Below, piece by piece: positions 24,158-39,265 of a DNA stretch of 64,000 nt (the first letter of the stretch is position 1; each line of letters begins with the position of its first letter). Under the pieces are notes generated by a model. That model searched no databases, had not been told where the DNA came from, and saw only the letters and a program-made list of their open reading frames with translations. The DNA is from Octopus sinensis (Eukaryota). The stretch covers positions 140,678,001-140,742,000 of the forward strand of contig NC_042998.1 of assembly GCF_006345805.1 (NCBI RefSeq), written 5' to 3'. A program made the position numbers and the translations under genes.

Positions 24158-24600
24158 CCCCTCCACACATACACTAAGTGATCTGTACTTCTTCATGCAA
24201 CTGTTTTCATCCAACTGCATCACATGACTAACGTAGCGCAGTCTCCTCTCTTGTACATTGCATATAATTCCTCTTATGTCCAACTTCTCTCTCAATACAC
24301 CAGTCCTCTGTCGCACATCCAGCGAAGCATACCAGAGTCGTTCCTCTCCAGCCTTCTCATGTCGTCTGCATTTAGGTCCCATGTCTCACTAACATGCAGC
24401 ATCGCAGTTCGTATACATGCATCATACAATCTTCCTTTAATTCCGAGACAGAGAGACTTTCGGTTGCCAACACAGGTAAAAGCTCTCTGAATTTTCTCCA
24501 TACTATTCTTATTCTAGCATTTACACTTTCTGCACAACCTCCTCCACCTCTAATTAGGTCACCTAGGTAGCAAAAATTATTTACAACTTCCAGCACCACC
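24158..24600 (-). mobile_element. RTE-clade LINE ORF2 C-terminal fragment
   Basis: Frameshifted pieces LEVVNNFCYLGDLI...VNARIRIVWRKFREL, KGRLYDACIRTAMLHVSETW and QERRLRYVSHV, typical of the RTE ORF2 end. Confidence 0.85.
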
Positions 24601-24869
24601 AGGACATTTAAGGAAATTAATTTCCCGTGTATCTGTGGTCTTTATGGCTCCCGTACATCGTCCACATACAAACACCGCTTGTTGAGCAAAATACTTCATT
24701 TCACGTTGGTTCAGTCCACTCAGCCACACGAGATAACCTGTGGTGAACTAGCGCCCTCTTCAGGATGAGTGTTGTAACTTCGGCGACTTGTAAATGCTAT
24801 GGAAACCGGGTAAGAGGCCCTATAAGTCCTAGTAATGTTCATGGTTGATGACGATGATACAAAATGAAA

Positions 24870-25112
24870 TAAATTCATTTGACTGCGGTCATGCTGGAGC
24901 ACTGCCTTTAGTCGAACAAACTGACCCCAGGACTCATTCTTTGCAAGCCTAGTACTTATTCTGCCGAACCGCTAAGTTACGGGGGCGTAAACACATCAGC
25001 ATCGGTTGTCAAGCGACGATGGGGGGACTAACACACACATATATATATATGACGGGCTCGGAACCATGTGGTTGGTAAGCAAGGTACTCACCACACAGCT
25101 ATTCCTGCGCCT
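24870..25112 (-). mobile_element. SINE family A copy (internally deleted)
   Basis: TCATTTGACTGCGGTCATGCTGGAGCACTGCC...GAACCATGTGGTTGGTAAGCAAG...CCTGCGCCTAT. Confidence 0.8.
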
Positions 25113-25568
25113 ATTAATGATCCTTCCGCAGTAATTTTCAAAAGAAAAATATTTATTACCTTAGAACAAATTTCTCACTAGTATATCGGCTCTGCCATTT
25201 ACTCCCTGACTCTTTCTCGCCGAGTGTGTATGTAGCGTTCTTCTACTCATTGCCTGCCAACAAGCCTACTGTATCATCCAGCATCTCTGATGGAAACTCT
25301 CTCCGCGTTTTTTTTTATTCATTATCCGGCTCTCCCTATATGATGTAATATGTGACTAGAGAAATCAAGCAAGCAACCAACCAACATTTATATCGCTTCA
25401 ATCCTGCCATTCTATTCAAAACATTCTCGGAATGGTCGCGGACCCCCGATTTAAAAAAAAAGTCCAAACTGACTATCGATGGCATTGACCTTTGCAAAGA
25501 TCACAAGAACCAGCACCTCCTGTGAACAAAATTTAAAAGTAGTAATAATAAAATAATTTAACACACCT

Positions 25569-26090
25569 TTAATTTGGAATCTTTGGTATGCTGTCATTTC
25601 CTGGTTCTCTAGTTTTCTCAAAACTGAAGGTAGTTGAACATCTGGTAACATGGTATGTCTAAGCTTTACAACCCATAATTTGAAAAGCAAATCAGAAAAA
25701 ATTGAACCTGTTATATCGCAAACAAAAAGTCGGAAAGTTGTAGCAATACTGACTTATTCCATCAAATAATAATGGTTTCAAATTTTGGCACAAGGCCAGC
25801 AAGTTCGGGTGAGGGGAGTAAGTCGATTACATGGATTCCAGTGCTCAACTGGTATTCATTTTATCAACCCTGAAATGATGAAAAGCAAAGTCAACCTCGG
25901 CGGAATTTGAACTCAGAACGTGAAGACGGACAAAATGTTTAGCAGAACTCGCCCGGAGTGCTAACGATTCTGCCATCTTACCGCTTTATTCCAGTGAATA
26001 ATAAAGGACGAAAGGCAATGTCGACGTCAGCGGAATTTGAACTCAGAACGTAAAGATGGACGAAATGCTAACGATTCTGCCAGCTCGCCG
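25569..26090. repeat. Right copy of the duplicated block: no SINE insertion, only two SINE heads 130 bp apart
   Basis: GTCAACCTCGGCGGAATTTGAACTC (~25890) then GTCGACGTCAGCGGAATTTGAACTC (~26020), followed by an ordinary SINE end, GATTCTGCCAGCTCGCCG. Confidence 0.9.
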
Positions 26091-29000
26091 CATTATTCCA
26101 TTGAATAACATTAATGTCCTAAGTTATAAAATTATTAGTCCAGTTCCGGAATTGTTAAACGAGAACATCAGGTCTTTTTCTTCCTGCTTCTAAACAAAGT
26201 ATTATTTCCCCATGAGCACACATATTTCACAGATTGAAAAACACACCGCTTGTATGACGCTGACATTTGTTTACAACCATCACGCCATGTTGCAACCAAG
26301 GGGTACCAACACATACATATATATCGAATGAACTCCAAAGAATCTGGTGCTCGTCTGCACCAACGTTTCGAACAGAGTTCTTCTTCAAGGAAAAATTAGC
26401 AGAAAAGATCTAAAGAGACACAGCAAAGCTTAACGTCCTCCTAAGTTAGAAAAACTGGCAGCAGCTCATAAAAGAACGCAGGCTTGCAGGGAATTTGTAC
26501 GAGGACAGGATGTACGACAGGTTGCATTCAGTGTCCTCCAACCAAATCCGTTGAGAAAACTTTTGTTGGCCTAGAACTATAGTATAAAACACTAACCGAA
26601 GGTGCAACGCAGTAGGACTGAACTGGAGACAGCATAGTTGAGAAGCAAACTCCTTAACCACACAGCCATGCCTGCGCCTATAACAGAATTTTATTTTTCT
26701 GTTTTTGTCTTTGGTCAGTTATTTCCTTTCTATTTAAAAACTAAAGGAAACGACTACTATTCCTCTTAAACTTTGCTTTTGTTATCTGGACATTGATGTT
26801 TTGAAACTGACCTATTTTCCATGACATTTCAGACAGATTCAGTGCTGAGTTGCTTATGTTGTAGTAAATATTCTGCTCAATACCACAGATTTGCTTGGCC
26901 TTAACCACTTGAGCATGTCTCTTAGTGGCTGACAATATGTGCATCTCTGATCATGAAGAGTGGTGGGGAAGCATCATAGCCATGTGTTGAGAGGGATTCT
27001 TTGGAGTTTGAATAAATGTAACACAAGCAAAACTTGAAGGAAATATTAGCTTTTTTTTATATACTTACTAGGGGTGATTAAATAGGAAATAACAGATGCT
27101 ATCATCCAAAGACAAAAATTGTGTTAACAGTGTAATTGATATCAAAATAGTCAAAACATTTACAACACCCAGTCGAAGACCAAATACAGCATCAAAGAAA
27201 TACATTTATTTCATCATCATGGAGAGAAAACAACAAAAAAGACACAAAAGAATCGTGTTGTTTCTTTTCTTTTTATTTTATTTTAAAAATCAAATGTTAT
27301 TTGTGTTCTTAGTTAAACAAGTCAATGTAATATTTACAGGACAAAATAAAATACAAGTTAAAAAAAAAAGGAAAAAAAAAAGCTTAGCACAGTCGAAATT
27401 AGGTACGGGTGGGGGTGGGGCTGGTGGGAGAGGGCACAGTCCTCCCTCAGGAGTGGTAAAAATAGTAAGAAGCAATTTTGGCATTCACTGTTGTTTCTGG
27501 TGTGAGCCCATAACATTTGCATGTATCTATGTATGCAAATATATATATATATATATATGTAGATATATATATATCCATACACACATATCTAGTATGCAGC
27601 TCACAGGGCATCAAGCACCATCGGACATCAATTAGTACCCCGCAATTACACCCAAACACCCTGAATGGTATGCAATACCACTTTATTTTCGTTTTTGTCT
27701 TCATTTTTATTGTCTATTTCCTTCTGCAGTTTGTGTTTCTCTTGTAAACGCTGGTGGTGCAAATACAATTTTTGTTATCTCCCCCTGTTTCATTGATCAG
27801 TCCTTGGTTTGCTGTGTTCAAGATTTTTTGTTATTTTACAATTTATGCAATGAAATTCAGAGGGGAGGGATAGCACAATGAAGAAGAGGAAGAAATCGCA
27901 TACGAGTCCTGTCTCTGATTTCTATTTTATATTTTCCTTTGAATTTTTTTTCCAGATTTGTTCCGAGTTGGAACAGATTTCACTCCTTTCCCTCCAATAT
28001 TCAGATTACTAAGCCTGTGATCGTATACATATTAATGTATGTATATATGCATACATATGTGTGTGTGTATATGTATGAGTATGTGTGTGATATTATACTT
28101 ATGTGTGTGTGTGTGTGTGTGTTCATTGGTCAAGTTTTTATTTACCTATTGGAAAATCTTAATTTTTGTTTTGGTCAACAAGCCATTGATGCATAAAATT
28201 ATACATACAAATACATACACACACACACACATATATACATACACACACGTGTATACATACACACATGCATACATACACCACACATGCATGCATACACTAC
28301 ACACACACACATCCTAATGTAGACATCTTCGTTCGTGTTTTACGTCTGATTTTCCATGCTAGCATGGGTTGGACGAATACTTATTTGGGCACTTTTACAG
28401 CAAAATGCCATTCCTGTTACTAACCCTTATGTTTCACACATATCTATATCTGTGTGTGTGTGCATGTGTGTGTATATAAAATCATATGATAGAGCCAGCT
28501 TATTTTGTTGAAAGGGGTAAAAAGTTGAAAGAAATTAGAGATGATCATGATGAGAATAACCGAAAGAAAGGCATTGCTCTTTTGGTTAAGTAAAGAAATA
28601 TATAGAGGGAGCAAGTGGCCAAATGGTGAGGATAGGTTTAGGGGGGAACAGAGAAAGAGAGGAGGAAGCAAGGAGGGACAGGGGAATAAAATAGAAGTAT
28701 TCACAGAGGGGCTTGTAATAAAATAACAGGCACCGCCCCCACCCCGGCGACTAATATCTACACATGTTGGCACATAGTTTCATTAATCCCATAACATAAT
28801 ATATAAATCAATCACACACACAAGTACATACACATACAAATATTTTTCTATGCACAGTGGTGAAAGAAAAACAGGTAACAAAAAAAAAAAAGAGAAAGTA
28901 AATTGGTGGTGGGAAGGGGGAAAATTTGTAGGTGAATTAAAAAAAATATAAATAAATAAATTTCTCTGGAGGAATCGCAGGGTGGGGGCCAGGTGGGGCA

Positions 29001-29584
29001 GTGAAGGGAGGAAGATGGTGAATGGAAAAAAGAAAGAAAAAAAGACAGGTGTTTGGGTGAAAAGAAAGATGCAGTGGAACACACTAAACAGTTTTCATCT
29101 TTTCCGTCTTCCAAATAAATAAACAAGTAAAAAAGACACTGGATGGGGAGGTGAGATAGTGGGGGAAGTCACTAGATGGAAAAAAAAAGGAAAAGTGTGA
29201 TTTGGGTTGTAGGATGGAGTGAGGGCAATATGTGTGTGTGTATGAGTGAATGTGGAAGGGTCATATCCTTTTTACTTCTACATCCCTTCCAAATTTTAAT
29301 AGTTTGCCCACCCCTAATTACAAACGCACACAAATATGTATAAATACATATATATCATCATACACATACATACATAAATAAGTAAAAATACTCTGCCCTG
29401 CTCCTCCAATCTAACCCAGATTTGTCCTGACAAAGATAAGTTTGACACCATCATACTCAATTTTTGAAGAGTTCATTGTCACTGAGGTATATTCTTTCTC
29501 ACCCCCCACACCCAAGAACTTGGAATAATTTAATATTTCATTTTATTTTATTTCCTTTACTCCCTTGCTTTGCATAGGGACCTT

Positions 29585-30815
<1,231 letters not shown>

Positions 30816-32013
30816 ATATGTACATATGTCAGAAATTCCATTCTAAAATCTTCTACAGCAAAAATTAATATTCCACAAGTTTCTTGAACTAAGTTCTTGC
30901 CTGCATTATTTCAAGAGTCACAAAATGCCTTGTTATAATTGATATGTGATAGAGAGAGAGAGAGAGAGTGAGAGAAAGAGAAAGAGAGGGGGAACCTAAT
31001 TAGCTAAGAAATCTTATTTTACACACCTATCTCTGCAGAATGTAAAACACCATGTTTTTTTGTTTAATCTATGGACACAGGTAGAGAGATAGATAAAGAA
31101 TATAATTAAAAAAAAACAAAAACAAAAAAAAAAAAACACTTAGGGACTTGTGGGGAAAATAAGTGAACCACCTCCTCTCCCCTCCCTCCCTCCTTCCTCT
31201 CATGAACTGTGTTTTATATTGTTTCTTTTTCATTTTTTAAATTTATTTATCAGACATTGTCACACAACAGAAAGTGAAACGACTGAAAATCCAATTGTGA
31301 ATATGTAAATATTTTTTAGAAACATTTGTGATTGTGTGTTTACATGTGAGTGAGTGCTTGTGTGTGTGAGATTTTGGGTTACCTTGTCAGTCTACTTACT
31401 TGTTTTCACATCTTTTGCAACTATGATTGTATCGTTTGTTTGGATTTGGTTTTAGAAATTTCTTTCTTCTCAAAGATCGGTGGTGATGTTCTTGTGGTGG
31501 TTGTTTCTTTTTTTCTCTTAATAAAAAAAAAAAGCCTTAATAATTGCCCTATTGTCCACTACATCGCGAGGAAAAAAAATAAGCATGGCATTAATGTTCT
31601 ATGCAGAATGACATCACCCCAGCCAACTCAAGGGCCAGAAACGCTGGTAAGTAGTAATGAAGGTACTTAGTAGTAGTAGTAGTGGTAGTTGTCGTAGGCT
31701 GATCAGGTGAAAATAGTACAAGGAAAACAGGTGGACTTTACAGAGATGATGGATGTGTCAGCAGTGGCCACTGAACAGCAGTACCAACAGCATAAGCAGA
31801 ACTCTGGCCAATGCCATTCCATTCAAAGAAGAAGCTCATTCTGTTGTGCTCGGCAGTCAACAACAGTTGGAGGCCGATAAATATTTTGTTTTGTATTTAG
31901 ATTTAGTTGCCATGTCTGTTTTTTAATTAATTAATTAATTAATAAAGTTTCATGTTAAGCAGAGAATAACTCCAGTTTTAAGTGTTGGAAGTGTTCATTT
32001 TGCCTTTTCTGTT

Positions 32014-32143
32014 TTATTCCTTCTTTTCAACTTTAGCCACAATCTTGCCTTCCCATAATGGTAGCAAAGCAGAATCCTCAACGATTTCATCAAAGACAAC
32101 ACCTAGAGATTCAAACTCAGAGCTGGCCTTCTTGAAGAAGTAT
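32014..32143 (-). CDS. AXIN: Axin, last coding exon (DIX C-terminal half, stop TAA at 32014-32016)
   Basis: ttttag|A TAC TTC TTC...; [42 protein letters not shown], recognisable as the Axin DIX end. Confidence 0.96.
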
Positions 32144-32726
32144 CTAAAAATGATATAAAAAAAGAAATATAAATAAATACAATAAAATAAACACATTAGA
32201 GCACATATACAGACAAGCAGATATGAAAGAAAGCTATTTATGCATTAAAACTGGTAGCTTAGACTATTAAGATCCCCTTTTCAATGCAAACAGGCGTCAT
32301 AATTTGTTGAAGCAGATTTTCTAAGGCTGGATATTCTACTTGCTACCAATGCTTATCTGTTTTCAGGTAAGGCAATATTTCTCCATGGAAGATTAGAAAA
32401 GAAGGACGTTGCTTGTACGATGGCAACACTCATTTACAACTATCACATAGTATCAAGGAAAGAAGACACCAACCCATATATACATACAAATAAATATATG
32501 ACAGGCTTCTGTCTACCAAAATCATGTGCCCAATGCATCAAGCAGTGGAAGTGACCCTGAAACTACAGGGTTGGGATGTGAACTTCTTAACCAAACAACT
32601 ACACCTGTGCCACACCATCTAGGGATGTTATTGTCTGCAGTTGTGACACAAACCAGTCCCATTTGTTAACATTTCCTGTCGCTAACAAATTGTCTTCTAG
32701 CTCTGTGCTTTCAACGTCTTCTGGAA

Positions 32727-32924
32727 TTTACCATTTAGCATTTAAACTGGCCATATCTGGCCAAAATGTTCTACCTGTTTTATGCTCAAACTAACCAGAC
32801 CTGACCTATTACACCAGCCCTACAACATTATAAAAATTAAATTTCAAAGCTAAAAAATAATGCAAAATAATGTGAATAAATAAGCATTACATTTGACAGA
32901 GTAACCTGAATGCTAAAGAGTTAA
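32727..32924. mobile_element. TTAA-flanked MITE in the last Axin intron
   Basis: TTTACCATTTAGCATT ... AATGCTAAAGAGTTAA imperfect terminal inverted repeats (13/16). Confidence 0.5.
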
Positions 32925-33090
32925 ACCTGCCTACAACACACACATCTCAACAAGTTAATAAAAGGAAACAAGGCAGAAATAAGTAACATCCACCATTATT
33001 TCCACTGCAAGCTTGCTGCTTTATCATATTTGGTGATTGATACTATTTCACGAATGAATGTGTATGGAGAAAAGTGTGGGATTAACTTAC

Positions 33091-33276
33091 CTATAACTCC
33101 CTCTTTTAGTGATGAGCTCTTTGAACTGAGCCAAAGTGATTTCTTTTCCTGGTACCGTATGTCTGTAGGGGATTGGTTCTCCACAGAAAAAGTAACCTAT
33201 CACAGTTTCCTCCGGTCCCCACGGAGTTCCTGGTACCGTCACACTACCAGACGGTCGTTTTGAAGATGATTTACGA
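33091..33276 (-). CDS. AXIN: Axin exon (DIX N-terminal half), 186 nt, phase 2-2
   Basis: tttcag|T CGT AAA...TAT AG|gtaagt; [39 protein letters not shown]. Confidence 0.96.
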
Positions 33277-33422
33277 CTGAAATTGCAAACAGAACAGAAT
33301 AAATCACTGGAAACCATCAGCCATGTTTGAAGAAAAAAATTCAAAGCTTGAAAATTAGATTTTTTTGTAATTCTTAATGTAACAAATGGAGTAAGAAAGA
33401 GTTAGAGAGGTGGGGCACTTAC

Positions 33423-33575
33423 CCTTCAGAATGTCCTGCAAGATTATCAGCAGAGAGACCTAGGTCACAGGGAACTGTTTTTGTGGTGGGCAATGTTCGC
33501 ATTTGATAAGAACCAGTAGCTGCCATTAATGAAGACGGCACTCGCTTCTCTCGAGAAGGCACTCCAATGAAAGAC
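33423..33575 (-). CDS. AXIN: Axin exon, 153 nt, phase 2-2 (missed by the ORF track)
   Basis: tttag|G TCT TTC...GAA GG|gtaagt; open frame SFIGVPSREKRVPSSLMAATGSYQMRTLPTTKTVPCDLGLSADNLAGHSEG joins both neighbours in phase. Confidence 0.8.
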
Positions 33576-34264
33576 CTAAATACAATTAAGGATAATACAA
33601 AGTTTTAGTTAATTTAATCACCACCAGTACATTACAGGTATTCCCACATCCTCAAGAATAAAGAGGTCAAGCTAATTCAAATTAAACCCAAAGATCTTGA
33701 ATTCAAGACTAATCATCATCATTGACTAATCATCATCATTGCTTTAATGTTTACTTTCCTATGCTTGCATGGACTGGGTGGATGTTATGAAGGCAAATTT
33801 TCTATGACCAATTGCCCTTCCTGTCACCAATCCATAACTGTTTCTAAGTAATGTTTAGCAATGGCCAGACTTGTTTTTTGCAGAATATCAGAAATGAACA
33901 ACATTCATGTGATATCCAGGAAAGGTGACACAAATACACAACAGGCTTCTTTCAATTTCTGTCCACCAAATTAACACCAGTATATTAATACAGTAACAAA
34001 CCCAGTACTTTGATCAACCAAAATGTTTACTGACAATCCTTTTTATAGAAAAAGTGTGTTAATTGTTAATAATGATACAAAAAATTAAGTCGCAGGGAAA
34101 GAGTTTTTTTTAATGGTGTAACTCAATGTTCACAGAAGATGTGGGTTCAAGTACCAGGAGAAGTCTTTGACTCTTTCTACCCAAATTTTACAAGCTTTTA
34201 TTTATAACTTCATCTACTTTGAGTTCTACCATAAGAAAAAATGTCAAAAAAAAAAAATACTTAC

Positions 34265-34534
34265 TTTGATTTTACAGGTAAAGGTCGTGCCTGTTGGTCA
34301 TCAGGTCTCCTTTTAGGCTCATTACTTTCAAGCCGCCTTTTAGCTTCTTCCAGCTGTGTCGTTGGATTTGGTGGGGTTAAGAGAGGCATTGATGGATCTT
34401 GCACAATTGGTTGAGAAGGCATCACTTGATTGGTACCACTGACTGAGCCAGCAAGCCAGGGTAGTGTTGCCATGCCACCACGTTCAGCTGATGCAGAACG
34501 ATTCAACAAAGTACTACTGGGCTTTTTGCTAAAC
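34265..34534 (-). CDS. AXIN: Axin exon, 270 nt, phase 2-2
   Basis: ttcag|G TTT...TCA AA|gtaagt; contains QDPSMPLLTPPNPTTQLEEAKRRLE, the conserved Axin motif upstream of DIX. Confidence 0.93.
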
Positions 34535-36335
34535 CTGAACATGAAACAGAAAATAATGCAATATGAGGATCCTACATTTTACTGAATGTTAACACAAGCA
34601 ATATTAAAAATCAATAACAATCACAAACAGTAAAGTATGTACACCATTGACAAGCATGATGCTGTGGATTTTGTCAGAAAGAAAACCTCTTCATATAGAC
34701 TTGCTGTCCATTGTCCATGCTGGCAAGGGTTGGACGGTTTGCCCAGGGCTGCACCAAACTCCAGTCTGATTTGGCATGGTTTCTACGTGCCAGTTGCATG
34801 ATACCAACATCTGCTATAGCTACAATTCACTTGGCTTGATGGGTTTTCCTCTCAAGTGTCTATAAGATTTTCTCACAGATGTAAACTATATCACTATGCT
34901 TGTCAATGGTGTGTATGTACATTTAGTATTATACATAATTTAAATGAGTTTCTTGGCAGCACAAAATTATTAAAATGAGTGTTAAATATTGCCTGTCTTT
35001 ATGTGTGCAAATACTACAGAGGTCTGCCCATGGTATCAGATGTGGGATAAGGGTAGCACAACTGTCATGTTCACAGAAGATGTGGGTTCAAGTACCAGCC
35101 ATATCAAAACATCCAATAATAAGGGTTTTTCATAACCATCACTCACAAGTAACTACGACTTGGAAGCTGGTATCACACATTTTTATCTATCATTTGCAAG
35201 CAGATACAAACACTATCTTGGCCACCTCAACCTTGGTCCTGTGGAACATTGAGGATGAGACAACTGGAGAGAGCGCATGAGCATTGCACCAGCAGTGGCC
35301 TGGTACTTATTTTGGCTGAGCAGACTGGAGCAACATAGATCAAGGACTCATGTTACCCTGTACTGAGATTAAACCTAACAGCAAAAGGCATGTGGCACTG
35401 CTCTAAGGTCAAGGCTTTAATGACCTTGAAATGACTAGGTTCAAATCACATTCTTTTTATATACCCTCTGTATCTTGCCTCTTCTAGTTCAATGTCAATA
35501 GCGATTATGTGCCAACAACTGTATATTTTAATGAATCAACTCTTTAACAAACAAACCAATGAACAGTAAATAGCAGCTGAATTTTTCTGAAATCACCATA
35601 TCAATGCTCCAAGGAAAATACATTTTCAATTATGTAAGAGATAGATATGCAATGTTCACAGGGAAAGTATGTAATGATCAATCATTCTTGTCGCACCCAG
35701 CATAAAGTCCTCAGTGGGTAGCTTATTTTATTAAACCTCCAAACGACTGCAAAGATACTCTCCCCACAGGATTTCAACTGCCAATGTAAGGGGCTGCTAC
35801 TAAATACCATAAATATTTTGTTTGATGCTTCACCAATTCTTTGATAGGATTAAAAATCCAAACTTTATACTGAAACTAATTCCGTAGATAGACATCATCA
35901 TCATAATCATTTTAATGCCCATTTTTTCATGCTTGCTTAGTTGGACAGAGTTTATAGAGATAGATTTTCTTTGGCTGGATGCTCTTACTGTTGTCAACCA
36001 TTTCCAGTTTTCAATCAATATGTCTTCAAGGCCAGACAAAGTTTTGCAGAAGGTTGCAAATAAATGACATTCATTTACAAACTTCATGCAAATTTCAAGA
36101 CAAGGAAACAAAAACATAATGAGCTTCCTCAGGTTCCATCTACCAAATACTTTTTCACAGGTCTTTGGTCAGCTTGAGGCTACAAAAGACAGTTGCCCAA
36201 TGTGCCATGCAGAGGAACTGAACCCCAAACCATGTGATAACCAATTCTAAAACATAGTTTGGCATAGCAGACAACAGTTCACTTTTCTTCAAACAAGAAA
36301 ATAAAAAGATGTAGAGATTATTTCATAATACTCAC

Positions 36336-36479
36336 CCTTGTTTTTGAAGCTGAGGAGACCCAGTGGTCGGTACTGGAGTTTTGTGAGTGTGAGAACGTTT
36401 GTGGGAAGAACTTTTATCTGACTCCGTATGTGAAGAACTGCTCGCATACCTGTCACTGGCCATTATCCACTGTAATACC
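36336..36479 (-). CDS. AXIN: Axin exon, 144 nt, phase 2-2 (missed by the ORF track)
   Basis: cgtcag|G GTA TTA CAG TGG ATA ATG...CAA GG|gtgagt; (K)VLQWIMASDRY resembles the Axin KIMQWI motif; phases fit both neighbours. Confidence 0.9.
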
Positions 36480-37453
36480 CTGACGAGAGAAAAACAGTAT
36501 AATTAGTTGTTGTTTCCGATGACTTCTTTTTTTATCAACATTATAACATTAAATTAGGGGCACAATATATACAAGAATACGATATATGCAAACCAATTAT
36601 GTGTGCAGATATATACTTGCACACACCTGGATAAAGGATAGCTAAAGAGACACAGAACATGAAAATGTAAGATTAACGAAGAATATGATTGATACGTCAT
36701 AATCTTTAATACTGTCCCCAAAAATTACATGTTTTCAAATGGTAAAGCAGCAGAGAACAGTCACGAAAGAGAGAGAGAGAGCTCTGAAACAACTTACAAT
36801 GAAGACTAAACAAATTCAAAACTGAATTACTTATGAAGAGCAATGAACTTTTTAAAGGGATGTTTAATAAAAAAAGTGTACATATTTTATCCTTGTTTAA
36901 TGCTTTGTATGAGTGAGAGAGAGAGAGGGAGGCGGCCTTCATATATCTCGTGTACACAGGTGAAACATTGAAACGCTTCTACTCCCATCTACTTTGAGTG
37001 TATTTATTTTTCATCTTTCATAGCTTTATCTCTTCAATAAGAAATCTCTCTAACCCTCTCTCTCACATACACACACAATTATTTGAACCACAAAGGGTCT
37101 TGGACATCCCATATGCTTGTTGTCAAGGATGCAAGCAATAATAATATATAGAAACGCCCTCATAAAGTGATTTTGTTGCATACACACACACATGCACAAA
37201 CATGTGAGAAAAACGTTGCTATAGAAATTACCACAAACAAGAAACTTTTGTCAAATGTTTACAGACAAACAAGATAGAATCACATATATAGACTTCAGTT
37301 CTTGAAAATAAAATGTTATAATTTATTAAAAAAAAAAAACCCAAAAGAACTTTAAAGATCGATAAACAAGTTCGACAAAAGGGAACCTCCTTTCTTAGCA
37401 CAAAGCCCGTCCTCAGTAAGTTTACTTCTAATTAAAAATGGAATTATTTTACC

Positions 37454-37457
<4 letters not shown>

Positions 37458-37529
<72 letters not shown>
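37458..37529. repeat. (GA)n tract; similar tracts at ~40237-40288, ~41535-41641 and ~44960-45030
   Basis: Directly visible. Confidence 0.95.
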
Positions 37530-37531
<2 letters not shown>

Positions 37532-37817
37532 ATGAAAAGGTTGCTGTTAAAAAAAGTTAGCTCATGGAGGGATAATATTCATTTCAGATCCATAACAGTT
37601 ATATTTCGCCCATTATAACACATGAAAAAAAGAGGGGTTGTTTTCTTCAAAGAAAGGGTCCAAACACAGATATATACACACACACACACAAAGAAAAACG
37701 TCGGAATGAGATATATATATATATGCACACAGAGAGTGTGGGTGAGGAAAGGGAAACAGAAAAGGAGATCAGAAAGAAGGAAAATGAAAGCTTATGTAAA
37801 ATAGGAAAAAATAGAGA

Positions 37818-37880
<63 letters not shown>

Positions 37881-38663
37881 GGGAGTAGAGGAGGAGGAGA
37901 AGGGGCAGCAATGAAATTACCGTTATTATAAACTGCCCCACCACCCCACTCGCCAATCTGCCATTAACACACACCACAAAGTTATAATAAATCTGAAAGG
38001 AAAACAAGGAAAAAAAATAAATTGCGGCGGACATGGGAGAGGAGGAGGAGAAGGAGAAACGAAACATAAGAGAGAAAGAAAGCAGCAGTAACAGCGCCCA
38101 CCAGCCAACCCCACGACCACCACCACTCAACACTCTTCTTCTAAATTCATTACTTCAAACAATATTTTTTGGAGATCAAAACTTTTGCAAAGCTTGAAAG
38201 AAACATGTACCCCCCCCTCACCACCACCACTTTCTCTCTCTCTCCTCCATCTCCCTCCCTCACTCTCTCTCTGATCTTTTTCCTTGTTCCTCAACGTTTT
38301 TTTTTTTATATATATTTTATATCAAAAGTGGATTTTCTCTCCTCTCCTCGCTCTGTTTTCTAACCCCCCACCCACCTACAAAATAGCAAATATTTTAGAC
38401 ATTAATAATAAATATTAGTCTGTCCGCCCCACACCCTCCTCCACCACTAAACTTTCTAGCTTACATGCCCATAATCTCTTTTTAGTTTGCTAAAAAGGTT
38501 GAGAGAGAGGAGGAGGTGAATGGAAACACAAACGACCAGGGATGGGTACCGCAACCCCTAAAATTGTTCCAGTCAATTCACCCAATCCACAGATACCAAC
38601 ACCATATTTTGAGTGTAATATGTTTTAATATATTTATAATTTTACAATTCCAACTGCATATAT

Positions 38664-38718
<55 letters not shown>

Positions 38719-39221
38719 GTGTGTGTGTGGGTGTGTGTGTACAGTTCAAACACTCCCTTCTGCAGGCCTATCTTGTCTGCCTCTACCTCACACGCATTCA
38801 ATGTGTGTGTGTATATAAATATATAACGGAAAGGATTATAAATGAAAAAGAAAATGCAACCACTACTAAATATGAAAGGGAGAGAAATGAGCAGATAGAT
38901 ACATAGATACGGAGTGAGAGAGCGAGAGCGAGAGAGAAGTTCATCAAAGGAACATGTATAGAAAGATGAGAAAAACCTTACATCATTTGATGTGAAATTA
39001 AAAGGTTACGCTGTGCAGCAGCAGCAGTGTGTATGATCAGTCCAGCATGTGCATGTGTGTGTTATATACACGCACATACACACGCGCGATAGATAGATAG
39101 ATAGACAGCTATAAAGAAAATAAGATAGCTTGCTAGATAGATAGATGGATATGTGTTCGTGTATGTAGAGATACAGTATCTATTTGATATATAGACGTGT
39201 GTGTGTGAAAGGAGACATACA

Positions 39222-39265
<44 letters not shown>

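Noticed and set aside
25140-25520. Possible LINE endonuclease remnant (SVYVAFFYSLPAN-like frame)
   Set aside because: Too degraded to support as a feature without an alignment.
27096-27635. 179-aa plus-strand ORF
   Set aside because: Low-complexity A-rich and microsatellite translation with no domain or splice support; it is likelier the antisense of Axin 3' UTR or downstream DNA.
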